Assembly: GCA_002189035.1 (NCBI GenBank)
Contig: NEEC01000012.1
Span: forward strand, 1,984,001 to 2,048,000
Length of the DNA: 64,000 nt
Origin: Utricularia gibba
Taxonomy: Eukaryota > Plantae > Magnoliophyta
Direction of reading: 5' to 3'
Shown here: piece after piece, positions 23,942 to 35,707 of the stretch
Position numbering within the stretch: the stretch's first letter is position 1
Layout: every line of letters starts with the position of its first letter
Notes under the pieces: model-generated
What the model was told of the DNA's origin: nothing
What the model saw: the letters and a program-made list of their open reading frames with translations, nothing else
Database searches by the model: none
Position numbers and translations under genes: made by a program

Positions 23942-26914
23942 ATGGTTGACAACAGGGAAAATGAATGGAGAGACTTAGCGAGGAAAATGCTGCCTCCGGG
24001 AGCTCCCGTTCCCGATGAAGATAATATGGATTACTCAATAGCGTTAGAGTTTAATGGTCCTGCACTTTCATATGATCTCCCGAGGGTTGAACCATTTCCG
24101 TTGGTTCCTGATTCTCTTCGTGTTGCCGATACAGTTTCCAATTCGATAAGTGTGGTGGCTCATGATCATGATTCAATACCTACACCTCTTCCCGTTTCTC
24201 ACATTGCTACCTTGCAGAGGGATAACTCTGTTTCTTCACAGTCACTTTCTGCTGCTTCTGATTCACACTGCTCAGTGCAGGGTAGTGGAGAGAGCGAGCT
24301 TCCTGGAACCACAAATGAAGGTAGGAGGAAAATGGTGGTTAGGTTCAATACTGCAGAGAGATCAAAGAGTACAGGAGTAGATGCAGAGAAGCAAGTTTTT
24401 CCTGAGTCCGTAGGTTCCCTTAAAGAGAAAAAGAAAAGAAAGAAAACAAGGGTGTGCTATAGATGTGGTAAAGGGAAGTGGGAGTCTAAGGAAGTTTGCA
24501 TAGTATGTGATGCAAGGTATTGCTGCAGTTGTGTGCTGAGAGCAATGGGCTCTATGCCTGAGGGGCGTAAGTGTGTGACATGTATCGGAGAGCCTATCGA
24601 CGAGATTAAACGAATAAGTTTAGGGAAACGCTCGAGAGTTTTGTCTCGTTTGCTCAGTCCCTTGGAAGTCAAGCATATCATGAAGGCAGAGAGGGAATGC
24701 TTTGCTAATCAGCTCCGTCCACAACAGGTAATCGTCAATGGCTGCCCTCTGAAGCCTGATGAGATGGCTGATCTTCTTGGCTGCCCCCTCCCTCCTAGGA
24801 AACTGAAGCCAGGCCGATACTGGTATGATAAAGAATCCGGTTTCTGGGGGAAGGTAAAGAAAATATGCATAAAGCTCAACCATGTGTAGATTCTTTGTTG
24901 TATGATATATTGATCTTGTTCATTTCACAGGAAGGTGAAAAACCTGACAAAATTATCAGTTCAAATTTGAACTTTTCTGGAAAGCTAAGTCCAAATGCTA
25001 GTAATGGGAATACAGAGGTTTACATTAATGGTAGACAAATCACAAAGCTTGAGCTCAGAGTACTCAAGGTCTGTCCTTTCTCTTTGAACTCGTTCAATAG
25101 CATATCAAGTTCCTGTTACATTCGTTTTGTTTTTGAGCCTCAGTTAGCAAATGTGCAGTGCCCTCGTGATACCCATTTTTGGGTGTACAACGATGGCACG
25201 TATGAAGAGGAAGGCCAGAATAAAATCAGAGGAAACATTTGGGAAAAGGTGTGTAACATCCTGATGGAGTTTTACTGGTACTCTGCTTCTTTAGGAACTA
25301 ACTGTCTTTGGATTCTTGCTGTAAGCAGGCCTCAACCCGATTTTATGCTCCTTGCTCTCCTTGCCTGTACCTCAAGCTCAGCAGCTTCATGCGAATAGGG
25401 ATGAAGCAAGCAACTATGCAGCTAGTGCTCCACACCATTCAGATAACAAAAAGATTCAGAGGCTTCTTCTTCTTGGCCCAGAAGGTTCTGGCACGAGCAC
25501 TATTTTCAAGCAGGTGACTGCTTTCTTAAACCATATAACCTGCAGTTTGATGAAGATTGTGGTTTCAAAGAAGGTGATGTATATTGTTGAACAGGCAAAA
25601 TTTCTATACGGGAAATGGTTCACTGCTGAGGAACTTGAGGATATTAAACTTATGATTCAGAGCAACTTGTACAAATATCTCAGCATTCTGCTTGATGGCC
25701 GTGAGCGTTTTGAGGAGGAGGCTGCTACAGCTGTTTCGGAGACCCAGGGCCTCAAAGACCAAGGTAGTTTTGTCCTTGTGCTCATAAAATTAAGACCTTT
25801 GGCTCCCAGAGCTTCAAAATTTGCTGCAACAGGTGGACAGTGTGTGAGTATGTATTCCCTGAATCCTCGACTGAAGCACTTCTCAGATTGGCTGTTGGAC
25901 ATCATAGCCACAGGAGATTTGGATGCATTCTTTCCTGCAGCAACACGTGAATATGCGCCTCTTGTCGAAGAAGTCTGGAGAGATCCTGCCATCCAGGCAA
26001 CTTACAAGAGAAAGAACGAGCTCCACTTCCTCCCAGATGTGGCTGAATATTTTCTCAGCAGGGTAGGTGGCTATTGCCTTTTTTCAATCCTGAAAACCAC
26101 ATTTTACCTGTCTTCATCCTGCAGCTTAGTTTGATTCTCCTGCTTCACATCAGGCTGTCGAAATATCGAGCAACGAGTATGAACCCTCAGACCGTGACAT
26201 TCTCTATGCAGAAGGAGTCACTCATGGAAATGGGCTGGCTTTCATGGAGTTCTCAATCGATGATCGCAGCCCGGTGTTCGAAGGGTACACTGAGAATGTG
26301 GAAGGTGCAGGAACAAGGTATCAACTGATCCGGGTGAAGGCTAATGGGATGGCAGAAGGATGCAAATGGGTGGATATGTTGGAAGATGTAAGGGCTGTTG
26401 TGTTCTGCATCGCCCTCAGCGAGTATGATGAGGTATGTGGCACCGAGAACAAGATGATAAAGAGCAGGGAACTCTTCGAGGCCATAATCAGGCTTCCCTG
26501 TTTCAAGAACACCAGATTCATCCTCATTCTGAACAAATACGACTTGTTGGAGGAGAAGATCAGCCGTGTGCCACTGCATGTCTGCAAGTGGTTCAGTGAC
26601 TTCCGGCCGATCGGAGTTGGCGGCCATAGCAGCAACCCAACGCTGCAATGGCACAGCAAGCGTATTTCTACATGGCCATGAAGTTCAAGCATCTGTACAC
26701 CTCTGTAACCGGGCAAAGGCTGTTTGTGTGGCACACTAAAGCCAGAGATGGATCAAGCGTTGACGAGGCTTTCAAGTATGTGCAGGACATAGTGCGCTGG
26801 GATGCTGAGAAGCATCAAAACTACTTTGGCGCTGGCAACAACGAGGACTCCTTCTACAGCACCACGGATATTGCATGTTCCCCGGTCCACAGCTCAAGTC
26901 ACAGGCAAGAATGA
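23942..26914 (+). CDS. XLG3: Extra-large G protein 3-like, 7 exons
   Basis: [22 protein letters not shown]-terminus, Cys-rich [38 protein letters not shown]-alpha domain [17 protein letters not shown] and [14 protein letters not shown]. Apparent 1-nt deletions at 25341-25344 and about 26647. Confidence 0.95.
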
Positions 26915-28658
26915 AAGAGGACACAGTGTACAGTGTACAATATATGCATTGGCCATGGCATTTGGACTGTACTCTTATCTATGCGGTTTTGCACAACTAA
27001 TGCTGCATGTGCTGAATTGAGGGAACTCTCCAAATTGTATTCTCGTCTCAATCAATTCATTTACACCAACCTGTTCAAAGGAATAACATCCAAGCTTTGT
27101 GTATACACAAGGAATTGCAGAGGCAGAGCTGCTCATCAGCTCCTAGCTGCATTGCCATGATGAGGTTGGTGTCTGTAGTGTGTCAGCCGCAGAGCCTGCA
27201 AATGGGAAGAACTGCAGACCTGTTTGACTCATAATTCACTGAACATGGGACCTAACACTGCTTTGGAGGCATTTTTCACAACGAAAAGTCTACAAGAGAC
27301 TAATGCCCAAAAGCCATATCAAACTGGTGTTAGATCCCAGAGACAGACGATAACCAAGGATTTTAAGGGCAACTTCGCTTTCGCGTTCATCAAATGTAAA
27401 GTATTCAGCTTTTCAATCCTAGTTGCAGTAGAAGAATCCAGAAAACATGATTTTTCACAGGTTGTGCAGGAGGATCTTACGGCCATTCTACCACTCACCT
27501 CTCATGGCCTTTGAACCCTCCTTTGAGGGTTACCATAAAAAGACCACTGGAAGCGAAACGCATTCATGTGCTTGTCCTTACAGTTGGATGTCAATCTGTC
27601 AAATGTCGGGGAGAGTTTGATTAGAGTTGTAATATGTTCGAACCCAAACATAACGTATTCAGGTCAGTTTGATATATTTGAAAATGAGAAACCCTAGTTT
27701 CGATTTTAAGACCAGTTTGATATATTTGACCCTAGTTTCGATTTTAAGACCATTTCATGGTTTTTACATGTGGCACTTTCATTTCATTTATTAGATTTCT
27801 TAAGATCATTGTAGTAATATAATTTTATTTCCTGATTTTATTAAATGAATTTTCATTTACATTATAGAAATCCATTAAAATGGATATAAAAAAATGACAC
27901 ATCAAATTTGCAGAAATGATTTATGTTACGAAAATGATTATAAATAAAATGAAAATTTAGTAACTATATTTATGAAAATATAATAAAAGTAACATGGCAC
28001 TCCAAATTTTCGGAAACCATTAGACATGCTCTTATGGAATCAATGGAATCGATGGTTAGAAATTGATGAATCATCAATTTCATTTTTAAATAATCATAAT
28101 CATGCTTAATAACAATCATATCAACTTGAAAAAACATTAAAAAGAATGATGTATTTTTTAAATATGCTCAACGACTTATATAAATATCTAGAAAACATTC
28201 TTTATTTTGAGGACTGTTTATAAGTACTCGAAGTTTAGAAAATCCTTTAAAAACGACATGTTTCGTAGTTTAGAAATTAATTTCTAAAAATATTATTCAA
28301 TTCCGATTTTGATTTGTTTCAACGTTTTTGCTTCCAATTTTACTTTGATTCATAGTTTAAAAATATGATTTCGGTTCAAAATCAGAATCAAAGTGAAAAG
28401 TAAATCAAAATTTATTGAATGGACGATTTAAAAAAACCATTCGATTTTAAGTCGCAACTCTAAGTTTAATTATATTCAGGTCCAACCCATCAATTTAAAA
28501 TTTGTAAACCCGTTTCAGTACGAGCAGCCGGGAAATAAGGCCCGGGTCCGTGTGGCCCATACCGCGAAGGCAGCCCAGGCTGGACCCAAACAAGGGGAAG
28601 CTCCAAGCAACCGCTCTTGTAGATTCCGACGTCATTCTTTCCGATCGGCGATCCGATT

Positions 28659-31475
28659 ATGGCCCCTCAGTTACCGCCATGCTCATCTCTCTCGCCCTAC
28701 GCGCTCGAGTTCCTAAATTCCAATTTGAGCTCCGAGGTTGATCTTGCTGGAGGAGCCGCTTTGCTATCGGAACTTCGAGATCAATCCGATGATCTTGCTC
28801 GCTCCATATCTGAACTCAACACCGAATTGCTGGGGCACTTGGCCCGGCATTTCTCGAATTCGGAGAGGGTCGCTTCAGTATTCTCTAGCGTCCGTGGTCA
28901 GTTAGAGGATCTTCGTCGCATTTCTGGTGGCCGTCTGTGGGGTAATCCTGGATTTTGGGCTTTATTTTGGGTTGAATCATGATTTTTTAGGGGACTTGCA
29001 TGAGTGCAGATCCGGAATCCAGTGGAGGCATGTGGGTTAAATTACAGGCAATGGCGAAGGAAGTGGCCAGAGTAGACATTGTGAGAAATTATGCAGGTTT
29101 GGAAACATTGCTATTGGCATTGCCGGGTCTCCTTAGTGTAGAATGGTGAATCTTACCAGATTTTTCGTGAACTGAGGCTGAAATCATGTGCCTTTTTAAT
29201 CTCAGTATCCTGTGTTGTTTTGCTCAAGAATGATTCATTTTAAAAAATCGTTTAATATGCAAGTTTTTGTGGTCTTCATAATATTCAGAGACTGCGCTGA
29301 AGCTTGATATGTTAGTTGCTGATGTTGAAGATGCTGTGACTTCCTCTAGAACTGTAACCCTGAGGAAGCTTCAATCGAAAAATGAAGTAAGTATCCCGTA
29401 AAAGAAGAGTTTCTTGTTTTTTCTTCTTTTTCTTTTTCCCTGTTTCCACTGGTCTTCAGTATTGCTTAGAAAAATGAAAGTGCTTTATATGTAAATATTT
29501 GGAAGGATGATATGAGATGTCCATCAAAAGTTTTTTTTTTCCCCTGCCTTTTCCTTTGCAGGATAAGATTGCAGTTGCTCTAAGAGCTCTTAAACTTACT
29601 GAAGATGTACTTGCCTCAGTTGTAAAGCAGAATCCTCAGTGGTCCAGGCTAATTTCAGCTGTTGATCATAGGATTGATAGGGCCTTGGCAATCCTTAGGC
29701 CTCAGGCTATTGCTGATCATCGTGCCCTTCTCTCTTCTCTTGGGTGGCCTCCATCAGTATCAAACTTGAATTCATCATATTCAGAAACAAGAGCATGCGC
29801 TGATGCGCAGAATCCTCTTTTCACGATGCAAGGAGACTTAAAGATCCGATACTGTGAAAATTTTCTGGCATTATGTGGACTTCAGGAACTTCAGATAAGA
29901 AGAAAATACCGTCAACTTTTGGGGCATTCTGTAAATGTTCCTTTGCATGAACCTCTTTGGGTCATAGAAGAGCTCGTGAATCCCATAATTACTGCATCAC
30001 AGCACCACTTCTCTAAGTGGATCAATAATCCAGAATACATCTTTGCCCTTGTCTATAAGATTACTCTAGACTACGTAGGCTCTATGGATGATCTATTGCA
30101 ACCTTATATTGATGAATCAATGCTATCTGGATACAGCTGCAGAGAAGAGTGGATCTCTGCAATGGTATCATCGCTAGCAACCCACTTTTCCAAAGAAGTA
30201 TTTCCAGTATACGTAAACAACCTTAGTGATGCTGGTAATGCCCATTCTCGAAATCAGGCTAGAATGTCTCTTCTGAATCTGCTGGACTTAATGATTGAAT
30301 TTGATAAAAGATTCCAATCTCTTGCTGCACAATCTGGAGTAATTCCATCTGGCATGGAATATAGCAATCTTGAGAAGATTTCCTCACTTAGTATATTCTG
30401 TGATAGACCCGACTGGCTTGATTTATGGGCTGAAGTTGAGCTTGCTGAAGCACTTGATAAATTGATTCCTGAAATGGAAGATGAAAGAAATTGGATAGAT
30501 ACCCCACCACAGGTCTCTCAACTGCCTGATGAGTTAGAGAATAAATGTCCTATAATTTCAACTGCTGTTATTCGATGCCTGAATTCTGTTATTGATCATT
30601 GTCGGGCACTTCCCAGTGTATCATTGAGGTCTAGATTTGTCCAGTTGACTGTTGGTCCCATAATTAACAAATTTTTGGATTGCCTGCTTCAAAGGTGTCT
30701 TGAAGCAGAGGGTTTAACGGCGTTGACAGATGACACTTCCCTAATAAAAGTTTCTCAGTCTGTTAATACTGTGCATCACGTGGAGGCTGTGTTGAAGGAA
30801 TTCTCTGAAGACATATTCTTTCTGGAGATGGTATCAGACCGACATGCATCTGAAACTGTAGATGCTGATGGTTCTAAAATACAGCTTTCCTCACAAGGAC
30901 CAGAAAGTAATATTCTTTGTGAAGAAATCGAGAAGTTGCAAGGATTCAGAACTGAGTGGGTTGAGAAGTTTTCCACTGTTATACTAAGAGGGTTTGATGC
31001 ACTCTGCCGGGATTACATAAAGAACAAAAAGCAATGGCAGGAGAAGTGTGATGAGGCCTTGTCACTTTCCCGATCATTTGCCCAAGCCATGGATTATTTG
31101 CATAAAAAACTGTCCGTTGTCCAAGATGGATTAAACAAAATGGACTTTACAAGGGTTTGGAGAAGTGTGGCTGCTGCTGTGGATAAGTTTTTCTTCTCAA
31201 GTATTTTGATAGGAAATGTGAAATTTCATGATGGAGGGGTGGAGAGACTTGGGAGTGATCTGGCATTGCTGTTTGGAGTATTTGCAACCTGGTGCATGAG
31301 ACCAGAAGGTTTTTTCCCAAAGATTGCCGAGAGCTTGAAGTTACTGAGAATGGAAAAGCAATTGCTGCAAAGCAATTCCGTTGATGATGAACGGTGGTTA
31401 CGGGACAATGGAATAAAGCACTTAGGTGTTCTCGAGGTACAAAAGGTCGTGAAAAGTAGAATCTTCTCCAGTTGA
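28659..31475 (+). CDS. MAG2: RINT1/TIP20-family ER-Golgi tethering protein MAIGO2, 4 exons
   Basis: AKEVARV..VRNYAETALKLD, VDHRIDRALAILRPQAIADHRALLSSLGWPP, SIFCDRPDWLDLWAE, WCMRPEGFFPK; the long last exon 29562-31475 is open. Confidence 0.93.
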
Positions 31476-32447
31476 ACTCCATGTACTTCTGCTGGAGTAA
31501 CCGTTTTCTTCTGTTTACATCCATCAAAAAGGGCGTCATTCCCAGTAATAACCCCACTTATTTATTATCAACTGTTGCATGGTTGTGTCCCCGATGCCTG
31601 GATCAATTACCACGCAACAAAATAACTCCATATGTTGAAAATGTCCCCCTGGGGCCCTTTTCAGGTTCATCTCCTCAATTCTCAGGAACCACTACTTCTG
31701 TATAACATGAAGCCGTTCTTTTTTATCAGGCTCTGATGCGTTGATCCTTCTCAAGATTTATCAACATTGGCTTGCACAACTTGCAAACAGAGTTTTCCGC
31801 TTGAAGGGAGAAACACAGGAACAGCGTATCATAGCATCTTGGTATATACCATAGGATTAGTGCAAATGGTTCAATTGAATTACAACCATCATTTTAATAT
31901 CGCCACCCAATGAACTATTCTACTTTCTAGCTTCCCTTTTTAATACTTTTTACCTATTTGTAGGTTTTGAAAATAGAGTATTCAACTCAGACGTAACTCC
32001 TCATTTACAGCTCACTGATTTGATCTGTAATTTACTGTTACGATCGTTGACTATTGTAGGCTGTTGGGGAGGAGTAAAATGAAGTCATTTCGAGGAAGGG
32101 CTATTTTTCATAGGTTTTCTTTGGTATTCTGTTCATACTGTTGTGTTGAATGATCCCAGCCTGTTACCTGCTGTTCCCTCTGGTTGTTCTTGCCGGTTGA
32201 ACGGGCTCCATGGCCTTGTACCCCTTTCATGTGAAGTAAAGAGCTCGATCAATCATGAGCATCCTTTGGAGGATAAAAATGAGAACAAACCACAGTACAA
32301 CTAAAAGGTGTGTTATTTCATTCATATACTACTACTAAATACATCATGTTCAGGGCTCTCTGTAACATATGTAGGAGCATTCATGTTTCAGGCGTATCAT
32401 AGTGATGCTGTCACAAGTTGCAGGTTTGTATACTGGAACACTTTCCA

Positions 32448-32842
32448 TCATTTCCGGATTACCCTCAAGAGGTTCACCATCATCGATACGCACTTCTTCT
32501 TCGATTCGTTTTCCAACTTGTGCTGTGCCTGCAGGAGTCTCTCCTCCAGCTTCTTCTTAGCATCCCTCGCAGACTGATGAAGGTGGCTCTCGTCCCCGGA
32601 GCCCGGGCTTCCTACCAAGTTCTTGGCCTGTAATCAAATATCCCAAGGCATGAATGGCCGTGTGCCGTTCGTTCCCACCGCTTCACCAACAATGAGATCA
32701 TATGCTTACCGCATCCAAAGAGCACGGCTGGAAGTCCGGATAGGGGCGATAGACGGCGGTGCGGATCGGGATGCCTCGGATGGTGTCCGGCGTGTACCTC
32801 CTCCGTGTGTGCTCTATCCCCGGCAACCGACCTGCGATTCAT
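32448..32842 (-). CDS. Small (~100 aa) two-exon protein resembling the N-terminus of RHY1A-type RING proteins, without a RING finger; start codon out of frame
   Basis: Exon 1 (32838-32710) IAGRLPGIEHTRRRY resembles the MAGMLPGVECARRRR family motif. A GT-AG intron spans 32709-32628. Exon 2 DESHLHQSARDAKKKLEERL resembles DEKL..AAREAKERL..RL; stop at 32450-32448. The nearest ATG (32842) is 1 nt out of frame. Confidence 0.5.
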
Positions 32843-33081
32843 TCTCATAACCAAATCTTAGACGTGCACGATTCCGATTCCGAATAGCGATCGGTATTCG
32901 AATCGCGACGACAAGCGCACCTGGATATCCCGACGGCATTGGTAAGTATCTCGATCACTCCTGCAATCTGGAGATGGATATGGAGATGGAGATGGAAGGG
33001 GAGAGCTTGGTGGTGGTTTAAATAAACCCTCAAGCCTTGATGAGTGAGCTTCACTAGTCATTTGTTAAAGCGTTAGGTGAA

Positions 33082-33099
33082 GGGGGGGGGGGGGGGGGG
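33082..33099 (+). repeat. G18 homopolymer
   Basis: 18 consecutive G residues. Confidence 0.95.
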
Positions 33100-33567
33100 C
33101 CTTTGCCCTAATTAAGTTCCCATCATCACCAAGTCTTTCTTTTCCTGATTAGGAAATGGGGTGGATTCGATTCTTGACCTAGTGAAAATAATAAAAAAAA
33201 ACACACTATTTCCGGTCAATTCTATGGAATCATGATCCATGTTATATAATTTAATTTATTGATATTAAATAATTACTAATTTCGAATGAATTTATTTAAA
33301 TGAGAATTGTATTAACTTTTAATTCAAAGAAAATTAAGAACATGTTTGGAATAACTCTAATTTCAATAAAATTATTTTTAAAATTGATTTTCGAACAAAA
33401 CATATACTAATTTTACTCTACAGAGTTAAAAGGTAAAGTATTTCAGTTTTTTTAAGAAGTTGATGAACATCTCATCAAACAAAATTTAAAATGTTTCTTA
33501 AATATAGATAATTGTTTTTTTGAAGTTATTTTTTAAAACTACATCAAACAAATTTTAATCATCTATA

Positions 33568-33589
33568 ATATATATATATATATATATAT
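33568..33589. repeat. (AT)11 microsatellite
   Basis: Direct reading of the sequence. Confidence 0.9.
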
Positions 33590-33925
33590 GTATTATTTTA
33601 TTTAATTTTATGATGGTATAAGTAAGGTGAATACTAAATTCATATAATTTATAACTAAAATTGAAAAACCATGGAAACTTATATGCTCAATGGAAAGAAA
33701 GGAATGAGTTAGGGTACATTTTTTGAAATTGGGATGTGAACTACACTTGTCAAGTGTTGCACATGTAAATCAACATCTGCAAGGGGCTTCAGTTTCAAGC
33801 ATTGCCGGTTTCTTGTACTGGAAAGAAGACGGATGGGAATCCACAGCTGCAGCAGCAAACGGGCAACGCAGCCTCCTTGAGTTGCTGTGAATGGTGTGTG
33901 TCTCTGAGCTTGTGACTCTTCTCTT

Positions 33926-35707
33926 TCAGGCATACAGCTCGTCGCCTGTTTTGTCGCCTCCGCCGCTGTTTCACAGCAAATGCACGTTATACTGTTGCTG
34001 CTTATGTGCAGTTGCAGTCATAGGAATGGGACTGAACTGAAAAGGGGCATCAGAGGATTTGATTCTGCATTTGGTTACCTCTTGCGCTTGCTTTTCTGGG
34101 AAGATGAAGATGAAGGATTGCTGTGCCAGTTGCGCTTTCTTTGGTTGATGAACCAGTTGTTTATCTGCTTCAGCTGCAGTCCTGTTTCTTGAACCAGTCT
34201 TGCCTTGTCTTCCTCCTGCATTCATTCCATAAGATTCCGTCTAAAGATCCAGCTAAAGTGGTAGAAACTTACAGTGGGATAAGGCCACTTGGAATGGGAT
34301 TTCCACCAAGCTTTCAACACAGAAGTGGTGTCTCCGGGGAGCTTTCCAGCTCTTCTTTTTCTCAGTATTTCTTCCCTGATATCCACAATCTTGTCTTTGT
34401 AACCCTGCAAAGAAGCACCAAACAGCTCGCTAAAATGAACAACAATCACGAGAAGAAGGGAAGTTAATGTCAATGTATGAGACCTGCTTCAGCTCATGTT
34501 TCAGTTCCTGTCTCACTCTTTCCATCAAAGATCGTTCCGATTCGCTCATAACAAGAGGGCCGAACCCCATATTGTCCGGTCCATCGACGCTTTCGTCGAA
34601 CAAGTTGGTTTCGCTGTCGCCCTGGTCATCGTCATCATCGGACATGGTTGCTCCGGTGCCTTCTCCTGGTGCCACCCCTGTGATTGCATGATCAGATCAG
34701 GGAGTGGATAGAGAAGCAGAAGCCAGAGTGTTTCTTTGAAACCAGAAGTTTGGTATACCAGTCAAGCTCTGCAGGGATTGCTCGAGCTCCCAACAAGCCA
34801 TGACGGCTTCCATAGCGTGCACACGAACGTGCTGCTGGAGCTGCTCTTTAAACGATGAAAGCAGCAGAACGTAATGCGTCTACACAGAATCAAAATGCCA
34901 TTGTGAACAAGAGATGATCTCAACCAAAGTAACAAAAACACAGGATTCTGAATCATTGCATCCAAACTGTGCACATAAATCGAGGAGATGCTTTCGGAGG
35001 CAAGAAAAGGAAAACAAGAGGATATGTTGATACAAAAATATATGCATTGCACTGTAGAAACTACAGGAAGATGGATGAATGGAGTCAGAAAGAAAGGATC
35101 ATGTAAGGAATGAAAAACAAGCATGGTTCTAGTTTCCCAAATGAACAAGAGACAAAAGGATGTAAATTTCACTGTAAAAAATAAAGAGACAAGGAGCTTG
35201 AAAATCGAGCCCTCAAAAGTGGAATCGGAAAAAGGGGGAGTGTGGGTGTTACCATGAAATGGTCGAGGTCCTTTTGGTCGAGGGGCGGTTGAGACTGTGC
35301 GAGAAGGGAATACTTAGCGACAACCTGCTGCGACTGCGCGAGCTGGGCGTCGATTCTGGTGAGTTGGTCCACCGGCGTCGCGATACGAAGACACGCCACG
35401 TGCGCCGCCAATAGCTCCTCGTAGAGTGGGTGGCTCAGAATATCCGCCTTGCACTTATCTCTCTCCCAGTTACAATTACTGCTGCTGCTGTTATCGCCTC
35501 CCCAGCACCCCCGCCGCCGTCGTGAAACTGATCGGAAGCCCTATCTTGATTCTGGGCGGTGGCGGGGAGCCAGTGGTGGTGCTGCTGCTGTTGGAAACTG
35601 CTGTTCCAATTGGTGGGTGTGTTTTTATCCGAACGGAAAAGGGTGGACGGCGGCGAGGAGTGGTCGGGGTAGTGGAGCGGCATCTGGGTGTGGTCCTGAA
35701 ACGCCAT
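33926..35707 (-). CDS. KNAT3: Class II KNOX homeodomain protein (KNAT3/4/5-like), 6 exons
   Basis: [64 protein letters not shown] domain [20 protein letters not shown], homeodomain [58 protein letters not shown]. Exons 35707-35253, 34879-34759, 34677-34484, 34404-34273, 34215-34079, 33965-33926. Apparent 1-nt deletion near 35500. Confidence 0.95.

Noticed and set aside
27030-27560. Possible spliced antisense transcript behind XLG3 (AG|GTGAGT donor and CAG acceptors on the minus strand)
   Set aside because: Splice-like words alone occur by chance; there is no coherent ORF or promoter evidence.
27663-27752. Short imperfect tandem duplication (CAGTTTGATATATTTGA / CCCTAGTTTCGATTTTAAGACCA)
   Set aside because: Two copies only, an ordinary slippage product; not a CRISPR-like or functional array.
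33082-33099. G18 tract as a functional G-quadruplex
   Set aside because: Run length is unreliable in this assembly and nothing else supports a function.
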